A stretch of 62,971 bases of DNA, filler included, from Licmophora abbreviata (GCA_900291995.1; 17 parts of 17 records of this genome joined end to end with filler, not necessarily neighbours in it); one strand, 5' to 3'. Counted from the whole stretch's first letter, positions 12,457 to 25,534 are shown. The notes: generated by a model from the letters alone, not told the origin. Translations and numbers: made by a program.

Positions 12457-12789
12457 AGATCACGAATTGAAATTGATGAGAAAGTGGCAAAGAGGCCCAA
12501 AAAGGGTTGCTGGTGACTCAAGCAATATCCAGCGCTCGTGAAAATTTTATTTTACATTTTTATATGTTTGTTCACACAAGAACGCCGAAAATTACTTCAA
12601 GCAAGATTCATTCTTGTCCATTCGCGACTGAAAATGTCACAATTCCAATTCGCGAGCTCTGCCCGAATGAAGAAAAAGTTTCGAACTTGAACGACAATGA
12701 GGATTGGGGCTACAGCGGCAGCCACATACCAGGTAGCGGCTCAGCAGCGTGTCGTCTACGAGTACGCACTTTAAGAAAATCATCGAATT

Positions 12790-13516
12790 ATGGGCGGATC
12801 CTTGAGCAGCAGTAGAAAGCAATCGAAGAAGCAGCCCCCTCCCGCAATTAGCGACGTAGATCGAGCAGTACTCGATTTGAAGAACGCTCGGGACCGCTTG
12901 ACGCGATATCGCACTAAGCTTGAACGGGACGACTCCAAGCTCGTAGAGCGGGCAAAACAGGCCAAGGCAGAAAATAAAAAGACTACAGCCTTAGGGTTGT
13001 TGCGACTAAGAAGATATAAACAGAGAGAATTGGAAACTGTAGAAGGACAGCTCTTGACTGTCTTGCAGGTGAGTACTAACGGGCGCAAAGTGGGGACACT
13101 AATTCCAGTCAGTTCGAACCCTCATTGTTCATTCTTCACGATCTTCCTAGATGGTTGAAACCATTGACTCGAAACAGAATGAACAGGAGATTGTAAAGGC
13201 GATGAGCTCTGGAAAGGATGCCTTGCACAAAATGCATCAAGAGACGACTGTCGACGATGTTTTGGAACTCATGGATCACATTCAAGAAGAACACGAGGTG
13301 GAACGCGAAATTTCCGAGATTCTGCAGGGAGTCCCCGAACTCTCTGTTGACGACGAGGCTTTGGTCGAGGCCGAGCTAGCTGAGCTTGAGAAATCTATGG
13401 AAGTGCAGCTTCCAGATGTTCCATCGACCAAGCTCCCCGAAATTGTGGCTCCCGTTGGGTCGAATCTTGCCAGCAAGACGGAAGAAAAACCTCCTCGCGT
13501 CGCATTGCCGTCGTGA
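12790..13516 (+). CDS. VPS20: ESCRT-III subunit VPS20/CHMP6, 2 exons
   Basis: MG myristoylation start, DRAVLDLKNARDRL, Snf7 coiled coil; phase-0 GT-AG intron 13069-13150. Confidence 0.9.
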
Positions 13517-13730
13517 TTGTATCTGATACGCAGGAGGAGGATCGCAGTCGATCTCATTCTTCGTTCTGTTGTGGCGATCTTTGCTTTTCAGAAGTACCTG
13601 CTGGTACGATATCGTTTGAATATTATAAGANNNNNNNNNNNNNNNNNNNNNNNNNNNNNNNNNNNNNNNNNNNNTTAATTAATTAANNNNNNNNNNNNNN
13701 NNNNNNNNNNNNNNNNNNNNNNNNNNNNNN

Positions 13731-14988
13731 GTCGAAATAATAGCAATGGAATTGGTCACGTGAGTCGAATCAGGTGCGTCTGCACTTTCAGGTTGAACAA
13801 ATCGTTCAGCATACCTTGATAAGCTGAGTGATGGCTTCAAATGCTTCAAGCTGCAGGTGCCGTGCGACTTCTCGCAGGTAAGTCGTCTCTGACGAGCCTT
13901 GCGAAGGTGAAAGCGCGTGGTTGATCGGCCGAGATTGTGACACTGTGTTGGGCGAGGGAGGCGGAACACTATTCGACATCTGAGACGATCGAATCTGCTC
14001 GCAAATCACGTCCCCGGCCTGTTCTGCGATAGTGCAAATTACCCCGCACAGGCGCTCCGTGAGCTTTACCAGGGACTCGGGAAGAAATTGCCCAGATCCA
14101 CTGTCATCGAAAGCGATCGGGGTGTCGAAGTTCAGAAACGCCTGAACAACATCCGTGGAATCAGGGTTGAACCAGCGGCCCATTTCGAATAGCACATCAA
14201 TTTGCTGCGATACGAGGGGCGATCGAACACCACGTAGTGGGCTTGCTGACAAAGCTGGATCGACAACACCACGCTCGAGATCGCTAATTATCTGAGGAGG
14301 ACGAAGCTGGGGTCCAAGCTTCAGAAGATCAATCGCAAAATGCGACATAAGAACACCAAGCTCAATTTTCATATGATTTCTGAACAAATGCGATCTCCAT
14401 AATTCAGAGATGATTCGGATGATTCGGCGAAAGACTCGGTCGTCCTCGAGTCCAGGCATAGTATTGGACAGCAGACACGGCGCAACAAGACGTCGGACAG
14501 CGAACGCCATCGTCTCCACTGCTTCGGTTTGACGATCTTTCTTTGTCAACTGGATGGTTTCAGCGTTCCAACTGGCCAGAAAATGATGAAGCAGCTCGAG
14601 GCTCAAAATCTTGCTCGCTATATCGCGCGGTGCTAAATCCAGAGAATGTGGAATGCATCGAATACGCCCGCATGACACCTTCACCAGGTTCGCCAACAGC
14701 ACGAACGACACGATGTAAACGTCCTTCCGCTCTTTATCAACGCCTTGAATGTCTCCGAAAAGTCCGTTGCCACATGAAGTCATCATATCGTACCAAAAGA
14801 GCTCGCTGCCACCAGATCTGTGGATCTGGTGAAGCGCTAGCTGTGTGTAGTTCGCCATATCGACCCGATGAACAGTGCTGTCTATCAACTCTGAAACAAT
14901 GCACTGGATGAAAGTTCCGAACTGAGAGGATTGAACCGTTTCGATGCCGGATTTGTGTCTGTCTCCCTTCCTCTCTGTTGCACTGTAC
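13731..14988 (-). CDS. Large Sec7-family ARF-GEF (BIG/GBF-like), internal fragment
   Basis: SKILSLELL and HUS-box-like AFLNFD motifs in ORF 13806-14888; exon boundaries uncertain. Confidence 0.65.
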
Positions 14989-15088
14989 NNNNNNNNNNNN
15001 NNNNNNNNNNNNNNNNNNNNNNNNNNNNNNNNTTAATTAATTAANNNNNNNNNNNNNNNNNNNNNNNNNNNNNNNNNNNNNNNNNNNN

Positions 15089-16113
15089 CGATCGCTTAGA
15101 TGTCCACCGGCGTACCTGAGGGCATTTTGAACGAACTCTACGCACCCTCCAAAGCTCGTCTCGCGAGCACTAGACATGGCGACGTCGCATACTGCCTGAG
15201 TCGCAAGGTCTAGCAGTGTCAGTCTTGAATTCTCTTCGTCCAGTGCGTTGTCGCGGGTAATGTCGGGCAGAAAGAACTCAGTTTCCATCAAGAGCTTTGT
15301 GAGCCCGTCCACAGCCACAATCGAAGACCCTCCATGATGAGTGTAGCACGCGGTAAGAATTGGGGTTAAGGCTGCAATTCTTGCTTGCTGTAAAACTGAC
15401 TCTTCTCTGTTGATATTGAGCTGTCCGCTCTCAACCCGTGGAATGAAATTTAGTGCAATGAGACATTCTTGCAACTCGTGGTTATGAGCAGAAAAAAGGG
15501 TCTCGACATTTGCCACACCCGAAGAGAACATCAACGATCCAGTGGACTGAACACGGGCATTTCCATTTGAGATATCTTCGTCTCGCACGGGCGTTTGATG
15601 AGACAAGGTGCTAAATGATTGAACCAGCGAGTGGTCTTGCGAGCTGTCAGTATGGGAACTACCTTCTGGCATGATATCACTATCCGTGGACAGCGAATGG
15701 CCGTTCCTAGAAAGGTGAATACTCGATGAAGCATTGGACGCGAAGGAGTCATTCAGACTGCTACCATCGTCTAAATCTCCTGCATACAAGTCTGAGCTTG
15801 AGGCGTACTTGTTTTCGTTGGGCTTCCGCTTCGGGACGTTTGTAGTGGCACGCTTCCGCGCTTCCTCGATCATTTCTAATCGATTTGCAATGGAACTTGG
15901 GCTCAACATGGAGTGTGTAGAGCGGTCCATAATATGAAATTGCCCTACATCGGAGGGGACGACAGTCCCACCGGTGCAATAGTAGGCTCTCAGACGTCGT
16001 CGGTGTCGGTTTCGAGAAGACAAGTTCAGTAGAGGCCCTGACTCTTCAGCCGCACCAAAGCGATTCGAATAAAGGACTGACAGCAGCAAAGGCATAGGTC
16101 GCAGAGTTTCCAA
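15089..16113 (-). CDS. Probable N-terminal part of the same Sec7-family gene
   Basis: Long ORF on the same strand, upstream across a spacer; helical DCB-like region (LTPILTAC..AVDGLTKL). Confidence 0.45.
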
Positions 16114-18969
16114 GTTAGCAAGTCTTTGGCGAAACCCTAGAAAAAGGGGTNNNNNNNNNNNNNNNNNNNNNNNNNNNNNNNNNNNNNNNNNNNNTTAATT
16201 AATTAANNNNNNNNNNNNNNNNNNNNNNNNNNNNNNNNNNNNNNNNNNNNATGGTCGATGACATCTTCAATCTACTCGTACCGGTAGTTCCGTTCCACGA
16301 TTTTGTGATGAGATTGTTTTCGGATGGAATTCAAATCTGCGTTTCCGATAGGTACCGTACACTCTAGTATGATTCCGACGCAACGGACAAAAACTCTTGT
16401 TCAAGCCACGCTTGCGCGATACGGATACTATCATACGTATACATTTTACATAGGACAGAGACACCTTAACATCGGCCTCATTATGCAATGATAGCAACCG
16501 GAAACCTATGAGGTTGTCCTGTCAGTCACAAAAGAAGCTCAGGAAGCTCTAGCACAGTGTAGAAAGAAGCTTTTCGTAAGATACAAACGATCCATAAGAT
16601 TGTTCGATAGTTGTTGAATGGACAAACTGTTCTTATCATAGAAGTTTGCTTTCTGTCAGCTAAATTCTATCATAGCTCATTCAGTCTTGTTCGAATTCAA
16701 CACGGGATCGCCAATACCCCACAATCGCCAATCATGACTGACGAACTACCAAGTACGTCATACGAAATATGTCGAAGTCAGACTCGGCATACTCGTGAGA
16801 GGCTATCTGTTACCATGGTACTCCCTCTGCCAAAACCCTACCCTCTATAGCGATAGGGTACGCCCACTTCCAATGCACCATATCTTCTGTTGTTGCATAT
16901 AGAACTAGACTCCAAGTTTCCTCGCTAGCAGTAAACATCAAGACGAACCGCCAAGTACCCACAGACCGCCCGCTCCCATAATTGCCAGCGGTAGGCATAC
17001 AGCTCCCAGAAACACCCTTTCGGCATGTTTCGCTTCCCGCGCATTCATGCCGCTAGAACGCAAGTGAAATACACTTGAAAACGAGCACTGGATTGCACGT
17101 CGTTGTAGTACGCGCGCAGCAGCTGAGGAAGGCGGCATCTGCGTCTACCGTAGTACGAGTGATATGATACGTTGCAATGTCTTGTGGATGATATCGTTCC
17201 AGGATCCAGGATGCACAGTCTTCCATTGCAATGGCCGAGTCACAGCGTGGTATGTGGCATGCGAGCGGCGGTTGAATGGTTCATTCGACTGACTCACGAT
17301 ATTCGATTGATTCAATCGATCGACAACGGGTGACGTATAGACCTATTTCAGAGGCGATGCTGTCGGCCGCATGACGATCTATCTTGCATCTTGCATCTTG
17401 CGCCTCTGCCGCTTCTCCAGCTAAGCATTTTTTTTAATTACAAAAGTCTTGTGAATGCCGTCGGTGGAGGCCATTGACCCGAGGAAACAGCCAAAAGCCA
17501 CAGAGTGGGCCGGACGAGCAACAACTGAAGAGCGATGGTGAAAACCGGAAAGGATTGAGGCGCGTATTTCCACAAAATGAAAATGAGAGCAAAACTATGC
17601 GAATACGTCGCCCAGTCAATCTGGGTCATCCTTTCGCCAAGGATTGATGCAGCGACTCTACCAGCAGGTTCAAAAGACCGGGAGCCTGATGGGTAACAAA
17701 CCACAAGGAAGTGCAATCGAGGCGGCGCTTTGTCGATTTTGTCGACAGTTTGCAAAAGTCATTTCTATCTCCACAAAATGACCCTTTTTTAAATGAACAA
17801 ACCGATGCCATCTTGAAATCTTCCTGTTTGTCCGGTTTGGTTTTGCAAACAGTCACAGTGGCCACATTACACATTACACAGCACCACCTGTTTGGAAATT
17901 GTCTCACTATTCATTTGACTAATCCACGCCTTTCACCATTACATTGATAGCATGAATGACCATCGAGTGAACCGAAGCTCGAGTTTGACCAAGCACAGCG
18001 GCTTGTCGCCTACACACGGGCGTGACACTCTGGATGGCAAGGTCGATGACAAGGTGTGTGCAACAGCGACTCTGGAAGCAAAAATGCAACAAGACTTCGA
18101 TCTCCAAAACGGGAAGAGTGCCTTTCAGGAGGAAATCGCTTTTGTTGAGATGAAAATCTCCTCTCATTCGCCGTCCTTTCGTACGCGAAAGAGATGTGAT
18201 GCAGCTGGTTCCGCCGAGGAACTTGCCAGGTCGTACATGCTTGATGGAGTCGCCAAGGTTACAAAAGACTAACGTATTCTAGCAATTCTCTATAAGAACG
18301 GTTCTATTTTCAATTAGTCGATCTCCAATGCTCGACACCGTACAGGTTGGTGTGTACGACGAAACAAGCCGACTACAGAAATCTTACGGTGTTTGAGAAG
18401 TGACCAGCCCAGGGGCGGACATCCGAATTTAGTTTGACTTTTCCCCCAGCAGCTTTCACCTACTACGTAAAGCATTATCTTTCTAGTTGCATCATATACT
18501 GAACGGTGGGCGTCCGTAGGCTATTTGATCTTGTCTTCGCCTGTCATAAGAACTATCGTCCGCGCACTTCGCGCTCACTTCGAGGTATACAGTCTTTCCG
18601 CGCGAAGCGGCCTTTGGGACTCGTGACATACGTAGGCCTTAGTCCTTCTCCTACACGGTTGCACCCAGGGTTGCAAATTATGGGCAAACGGAACCGATAC
18701 CGGGTCCTGGTACCGGTAGTCCATTGGTGGGGCGTGATCGGTGACAGCCAGGAGTCGAGTACGCCCAGCCAGTGACATCCGGGTAGGTGTGTACGATCTT
18801 GTACGAACGACTCTCTAGATGCTCTCGGTTCAAGCGCTTTTTCAGGGTAGTGAAGCAATGATGATTGCTCCAGGCAACCAAGTTTTAAAATTCTTGCAAA
18901 ATCCGCTCTCCTAGAGCCTCTATTGCAGTAGTCTCCCTCTAAATGTAACAGAAGGATGACCAAGCTCCC

Positions 18970-19609
18970 GTGCATTTTGTCCTGCCGAGCATACGAGTAT
19001 GCGTACAACAACTTGCTATATGCACCGTGTTCTTTTCCTTTGTTGGGGATAACGTGTTGGCATTGTGGGGCTCTGGTGATGCTAGTGATGGTTCACGTTT
19101 ACTGGCAACAACACTGGCGTTGCCGGCTGTAATGGGCCTAAGCTGCTTAGCCAATCTACGACAGCTCGCTCCAGCGACGGTTGTAGGCACCCTAACTCTC
19201 TTAAGCGCCTTCGGTATTGTAGGCGCCGTCATGCTGCGATACCATCCCTTTCCAGACAATCCGGACGAAGATAGTCAGGCTTCATCTTCGATGTTGAGCA
19301 TTCCGTTGGCCATGTCGTCTATTCTCTATTCTTACGAGGGAATAAATCTCATACTACCAATCGAGGTAAGCTCTAATGTTTTCAAATGAGGTCTGATCGT
19401 TGCTACTTACCGTATCTTATTTCTCTCCTCTCCCGGATTGTCTTGTCATTATCCAGTCGGCGATGCAACACCCAAAATACTTTGGAATAGTCTTTTGGCC
19501 TGCCATGTGTACAGTAATCGACGACCCCACTAAGGCCTTCGGAGTAGCACTGTGTATGACTGTGCAGCTTGTCTCCCGGCACTGCAATATACCGTACCAC
19601 ATACTGTAA
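18970..19609 (+). pseudogene. Amino-acid transporter (AAAP/SLC36-like) fragment
   Basis: QQLAICTVFFSFVGDN and LYSYEGINLILPIE|SAM with a GT-AG intron 19366-19456; N- and C-terminal TM regions are not evident. Confidence 0.6.
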
Positions 19610-21224
19610 GGTGCTGGCGCAAGGAGAATGTTTAGAAAGCCTTGAATGGCACTTCCCCGAGAAGTCAAATGTGGAACGTAAGATCTTTGACGAAACCTGA
19701 GCACATTCCTGGTACCCTGGGATTAGAAGCAATGATGTATCTTCAGTCATCTCGCGCTTCTACTGAGCTGTCGGAATTCTTATCAGAAAAAATTTGTCGC
19801 ATTCCTGTTCTTACCTGAGATAGCTTTTTCATTTCTGAATTGACGTCATTTTTCTGGCATTCTGTGATTCCATTTTAATGCCGAGTAAAAGAAAAGGCCG
19901 CCTAGACTTCTCTCGCGATCTAAGGACGCTAAGCTCTAATATGGTACCACACTATGGAACTAACACACGCTTTCGAAACAGGGCATAGTCACGCAAATCT
20001 CAAAAACCACTCCAGTTTAATAAATCAGATTCCTCTTGTTTTGAGAAGAAAGGGCCAAGAATGCAAATATTCGGTCACAGACCATAGAAAATTCGGTCGA
20101 ACATGTGCTAGGAGGTGATAATATCGGTACGCATCTGAGGTGATTCGATCTGTTCAATACTTTGAAACAAAGGTGTTTTGTCACTTGAGTTTCTCATCTC
20201 AGGTGCTTGCTTTGAGATTGGACAGCCAGATTCCAATCCAGCATAATGTGGTGGACTTCAACATTAAATCAGTATCCGGGACCCCTTAAAAGGTACTGTA
20301 TCTGGTATAGTAGACGTTGGATATACCGGTAGGTAGCAGGTATCATAGGTAGCAGGTTCTTCAAAAATTGCATCGTATTCAAAAGTATTCCAGGACAACC
20401 GGGATAGGGCAGCGTTTTGTATGTTACCTTCTGGCGGGCTCTACTGCTTTGTAGACAAAAAGGAATGGGAGCAACGTTAGGGACAGAAATGTAGTGCCCC
20501 GAGAGGAAGATGAATGTCCTGCAACCGAATTTAGCCGCTGGCTGCACCAGTACTTCACTTCCACACAACGCCAGAGGTTGGTTTGCCACAACAAGAACGA
20601 TGTGACGATCCTCTGCTTGGTTCTCGTCATATCCCTGTGGCCTTCGCGCAGGTTTCATACCTTCCGCATTTTCGCGCCAGTATCATACCTACCGTAGTCT
20701 ACCGGTATCATACTGGTTCCGTATTGCAAGTACGAGTACCAGGTACGATACTCGAACCGTTATGAGCTCCTCAGGGGTATGATACATGAAAACTGACTGG
20801 ACCCCATCTTTCGCACCAGAAATAACTTGTTGATGAGAAAAGAAAAAATGTAGAAAAAGAAGAAAAAAGTGTTTTCCAGCAAGAAAGATTGCGGCCTGAG
20901 ATGAACTTCATGTTCACCTCACGCGATCGACTTGAGACTCGACTCACACTCACTCTTCATCACTCGATTGATTCCACTAATTCCAACGCCAAAGTGAGCC
21001 GCAAGCCGCAAGGAGACCATGGCGAGGGGCAATCCTAGCGGGGCCTACAGTTTGATGGATAGCCGTGGTCTGCAATATGATACTGTTGATCCTGATGAGA
21101 CTGTTGCTACTTCGGATGTCCCTCNNNNNNNNNNNNNNNNNNNNNNNNNNNNNNNNNNNNNNNNNNNNTTAATTAATTAANNNNNNNNNNNNNNNNNNNN
21201 NNNNNNNNNNNNNNNNNNNNNNNN

Positions 21225-22574
21225 TACTCACCGCTCTCGTTCACCTTTTCCAGCTGCGGCGCTTCGCCCAACTGCAACCGGTGCACATCCCGGAAGTCGG
21301 CCACTGTGGTACGGCGCGCAAGGGGCGCGAACGTGCGCGGGGCGGTCTCATAGGCGGCACGCAGCGTCTTGTTCGTGACATTCGACAGGATCAGCGGAAA
21401 GTCGGACGTGCTGTGCAACGCCCGCGTGGCCAGTTCATCCCGGCTGAGGCCGCGCACCCGAACCCCTTCGGAGGTGAGGATTTCACGGGCCATCTCGATA
21501 AGCGACAGACCGCGCCAATCCCGCGCCGCCGCTGAGAGTTCAAACCGGCCCGGATCGTGACGATGCAGCAAAGCCGCTTCCACCGCGGCCCGGCGGGTAT
21601 CAACCTCACATTGCCCACCCATGCGGATATGCGGGCGCGTCTCTACAGCACGGTCATTCTGGGCCGCCGCGTCAATCAGCGCGCCCCGCGCCTCATCGAG
21701 ACTGACACCGCGGCGCACGAGATCCACCGTGATCTCTTCACCCACGCCCAATTTGCGCGCGGCATCCTGAATGCCGGCAATCCGTGCCCGCTCCCCTTCC
21801 ATCGCATCCTGCGCGATCCGACGGATGGCGGTTTCATCAAATGGCGCCTGGCTGGTATCAGAACGCGCATCAGCTTGCGCAGAGCGATGGTGGTTATCGA
21901 CGGGATCAGCGTGGGCAACAACTGTTTGCCCGGCCACAGGCTGATCTGCTGAGCGGGTTTCGACGCCATTTGACGCAGACTCCGCTAGGGTTGCTTTTGC
22001 CCCAGCCCTCTGGCCAGACGCGTCTGCACTGTCGATTTGATCCGTCGCTCCGCGCGCAACAGGGGTCTCTATATGCTCATCCATGGTCTTGTCCTTTTCC
22101 TGGTCTGTGACCGCTTCTTCGGTCTCGATGTTTGGCTGTGAGGGTTCGGGCGGTGCCGCGCGGGCCAGTTGGCAAAAGACCTCCGGGGCCCCACCACCCC
22201 GGAAGCCTGCGGCGGCATCTGCCCCTACGGGCACAGCCGACAGCTCCATTGGCTGCCAATCCACGGCGCGCCAGATCGGCACCTGTCCCTCTTCTTCTGT
22301 GACCTCAAAACGGCGCACGCTGTAGCCCACCGAGACATTCCGAATGATGCCCGCTTCCACATCACGCCAGATCGGCTCGACATCGGCCCGTGCCGAGAAG
22401 CGCACGCGCGCCCTGCCCTGCGCCCCATCCTCGCCACTCTCAACCCAGGCGCGCTCCACAACACCCAGCACCTGTCCCAGATCATGCGCGCCATGCGTGT
22501 TCAGAAGCGGCGCGCCCGCATTGAGCCGGCTCAGATCCACATGCCCGGCCTCAAGCGACAGCACCTCATCATAG
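21225..22574 (-). CDS. Prohead protease-major capsid protein fusion, partial at both ends
   Basis: APLLNTH, IRNVSVGY and ELSAVPVGAD protease motifs, then HSTSDFPLILSNVTNK..LEKVNESGE capsid motifs. Confidence 0.9.
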
Positions 22575-22674
22575 NNNNNNNNNNNNNNNNNNNNNNNNNN
22601 NNNNNNNNNNNNNNNNNNTTAATTAATTAANNNNNNNNNNNNNNNNNNNNNNNNNNNNNNNNNNNNNNNNNNNN

Positions 22675-24444
22675 CCAGGTCTCGCCGAGCGAGGTGTTGA
22701 CGAAGGTCTTCATCGTCTCGTCCCCGCCCGCGCGTGCCGACAAAAACGCCTTGGCCATGGCCTCGAGCCGCACCCAGGGCGAATAGATTTCGTTCAAATG
22801 GAAACCCGCCGTGCCATTGAATGGCGCGTCCGCGATCCAATGCCCCTTGGAGATGGCCGACCAGCGGGTTTCATCCTTCCAAGCCGCGTCGCACTCCGCG
22901 CAGTGATAGCGCGCGGTTTCGGGGCGGTGACCGCCGGTTTCATCCTTGTTCCATTTGACCTGCCCCCAGGTCAGGATTTGTTCGTGGCCGCAGTCGGGGC
23001 ACGGCACCCAGAACCGGCGCTGGTCGCTTTCCTCGAATGCCGCCTCGATCCGGCTGGCACCCTTGTTCGTCGGCGTCGAGACCAGCACGATCTTGCGGTT
23101 CCAGAAGGTCACCGTCCGCTTCTTCGCGAGATTAACCGGGTCGCCCTCAGCCCCGGCGCTGAACGGATAACGATCCACCTCGTCGCACAAGAGCAGCCGG
23201 ATCGGTCGGCTCGCCAGCCCCGAGGGCGCGTTGGCACCCACGATGGTCAGGTGCCCGCCCGGGAACCGCTTGTGCAGGATCTTGTTGTTGCCGTCCCGCG
23301 ACTTTGGGTTGGCGATCTTGTCCTGCAAACACGGCGTGTCCCGCGCCATCGGCGAGAAGCGGTCCTTCGACCAGGTTTCCGCGTCGCGCTCGGTCGGCAT
23401 CACCACCATGATCGGTGCCGGGTCCTGATCGATGTGGTAGCCGACGGCGTTGTTGACCATCTCCGTATTATGCGTCGGGATCATGGTCCGCCCCGCCAGA
23501 TAGAGCCGGTTTGGGCTATCGACCTGAATGCAGCGCACAGGCACGCTCTCAACCGGCTCGACAGCGACAATACGGCGCCGCTCGGTTTCCGTTGTCCGCC
23601 GTCCCTCACGGGAGACCTGGCGCGCCCGCTTCCTAGACAGTCGGAACACTGGCGTGTCGTCATAGATCATGAACGAAAACCGCGTCGCGGGTCTTCCGAA
23701 ACGCCGTTCGCCGTCGATCACCACTGACGGCTGCTTGTCGACGGCAGTGAACTTGATGCCCAACGAGGCCAACAATTCGCCAAAGCCATCCGCCAGGCGT
23801 CGGTGAATGGTGATGAACTCGCAGCGGCCGCATTCCGCGATGTAGCCGTCGGTATCCATCAGCCCTTGCAGAAGGGCCATGCGCTGATCTATCGACGCGC
23901 GCAGGTAGGCGGGCGGTATGTGTTTGCCGGTTTCTGGCGTCTTCCGATCCTTCGCCAGCCCCATCTCCCGCAAGCGCAGGCTGAACGGCTTGCCCTCCTC
24001 TAGAACAGGATCAACCGCAGAACCGTGCTTCCATTGCATCGAGAACTGCCGCCCACATTCCGCGCACTGTCCATTTCCGTGGCGACCCAGCACATTCATG
24101 TCATGCCCGCGGCGGCAGATATGCGCTGGCCAAGGCAACGTCGGCTTCAGTGTCAGGATGTGCGGAAACCGCCTGTCCTTCGACGTCACCTCAACCTCGA
24201 TGCCGCATGCGTGCAGATGGTCGGCGATTTCCAGATCATCACGATGACAGGTGATCTGCGAGCCGTAGCTGTGGCCGTCCCCAAGCCAGACACCAAGGGC
24301 ATAGGGTGGGATCGGTAAGGCCTGTTCGGGCAGCTGCAGCGCACCGGCCACAGGGATGGCATATCGGTTCCGCTTTTTCGCGCCGTAGTAATGCGCGGTT
24401 TCAGCAATCTCCTTCGTCATCAGGACCGCCCGGTGGATCGTCAT
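22675..24444 (-). CDS. terL: Intein C-part (with LAGLIDADG endonuclease) fused to terminase large subunit (GpA family) C-extein, 3'-truncated
   Basis: LGVWLGDG and LQGLMDTDG; VRCIQVD..IPTHN|T splice junction (intein ends 23467); then LLLCDEVDRY Walker B, VSTPT and VPCPDCG. Confidence 0.93.
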
Positions 24445-24985
24445 GGAACAGGTCCCTCATCGCGTCCTGCGCGCGCACTGGTGTGTCGCTGTCAACCGCC
24501 CAGAGGTGATCGGCATCGGCGATGATCGAACTGCCGTCTGAAAACCGCACCCGGTAGCAGCGCCGGTTGCGCATTACATCCGTGGCGCCCGTGACGCGGC
24601 AAGGCGCGCCGGTTTCGTCAAACAGGATGTCACCGACCTCGACCTCGCCCATCGTGGTCCAGCCGGTTGGCGTCGCCAGCGGTGTGTCGAGTGCCAGCGC
24701 CTTACCCACCTGTGAACTGGACATGATGACGACAGTTTCTGTCGCTGCATCCGAGACCGCCTCCATGATCCCGCGCTGGTATTCGGCGCGGCTGGTGCGC
24801 CATTGGCCCGGCTCGGCGCTCGCCTCAGAGCTCAGCCTCCTGTTCTGATCGGCCCAGTCACTGATCGTCAGGTCTGGCGGCGGCTTCAGCACCGCCAGTG
24901 CCTTCGCCACCGTCCGCTTCAGGATCGGCGACCCCCGCAAGGTCAATTTCGGTTTCAAATGCAATGTCTGGCTCTGCGAGATCAT
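24401..24985 (-). CDS. terL: Terminase large subunit N-extein fused to intein N-part (start may be a little downstream)
   Basis: PPPDLTISDWAD..PGQW..YQRGIM..SSQVGK then ALALDTPLATPTGW (intein starts 24700) and ADADHLW block B. Confidence 0.92.
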   Translation of the reverse strand: MISQSQTLHLKPKLTLRGSPILKRTVAKALAVLKPPPDLTISDWADQNRRLSSEASAEPGQWRTSRAEYQRGIMEAVSDAATETVVIMSSSQVGKALALDTPLATPTGWTTMGEVEVGDILFDETGAPCRVTGATDVMRNRRCYRVRFSDGSSIIADADHLWAVDSDTPVRAQDAMRDLFHDDPPGGPDDEGDC

Positions 24986-25421
24986 TGAGCACCTCGCGGA
25001 TCGCAGTTCGGATCAGGTTGCGGGTATCTCCGACGCTGGGTTGGTCAAAGGCCTGTGGGGCCAGCCGATCCGGCAGCGACAGCAGGCGGGTTCTGAGAAG
25101 CGCAAGGACCGCAATCCACGCCGCCTCAATCTGGTCAGCTGCGATCAACGAATGGCGCTTTTCTTCGGCCTCCATCTCGGCAAGGTCTGCCCGCGCCCGG
25201 ATGAAGCGCGCGCGCTCGGCCGCATAGCCCGGGGCACCTGCTTGTGCCTTGGCGGCCTGGTCTCGCAGATAGCGCACATAGCCGCGCACCGAGCCGATCA
25301 GGTCATACTGGCCGCGATCGGCCTTCGGGATCACGCCCTCGCGGCTCAGTTGCTGAACCCGCCGCTCCGAGAGGTCCAGAAGCCGCGCGATCACGCCGAT
25401 GGGTTGGGTTGCCGACGACAT
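24858..25421 (-). CDS. terS: Terminase small subunit (Nu1-like)
   Basis: N-terminal HTH (IARLLDLSERRVQQL), YDL..YVRYLR, coiled coil; directly upstream of terL. Confidence 0.88.
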   Translation of the reverse strand: MSSATQPIGVIARLLDLSERRVQQLSREGVIPKADRGQYDLIGSVRGYVRYLRDQAAKAQAGAPGYAAERARFIRARADLAEMEAEEKRHSLIAADQIEAAWIAVLALLRTRLLSLPDRLAPQAFDQPSVGDTRNLIRTAIREVLNDLAEPDIAFETEIDLAGVADPEADGGEGTGGAEAAARPDDQ

Positions 25422-25534
25422 GAAGTGATCCCAAGCCCCCGAGCAAAGCCATGTAATTGCTGCGATTATAGTGGATGAACCTGCCCGGTAGAGCGAAGCT
25501 GTGGGCATTGCACGACGCATCCACAGAGCCCACC

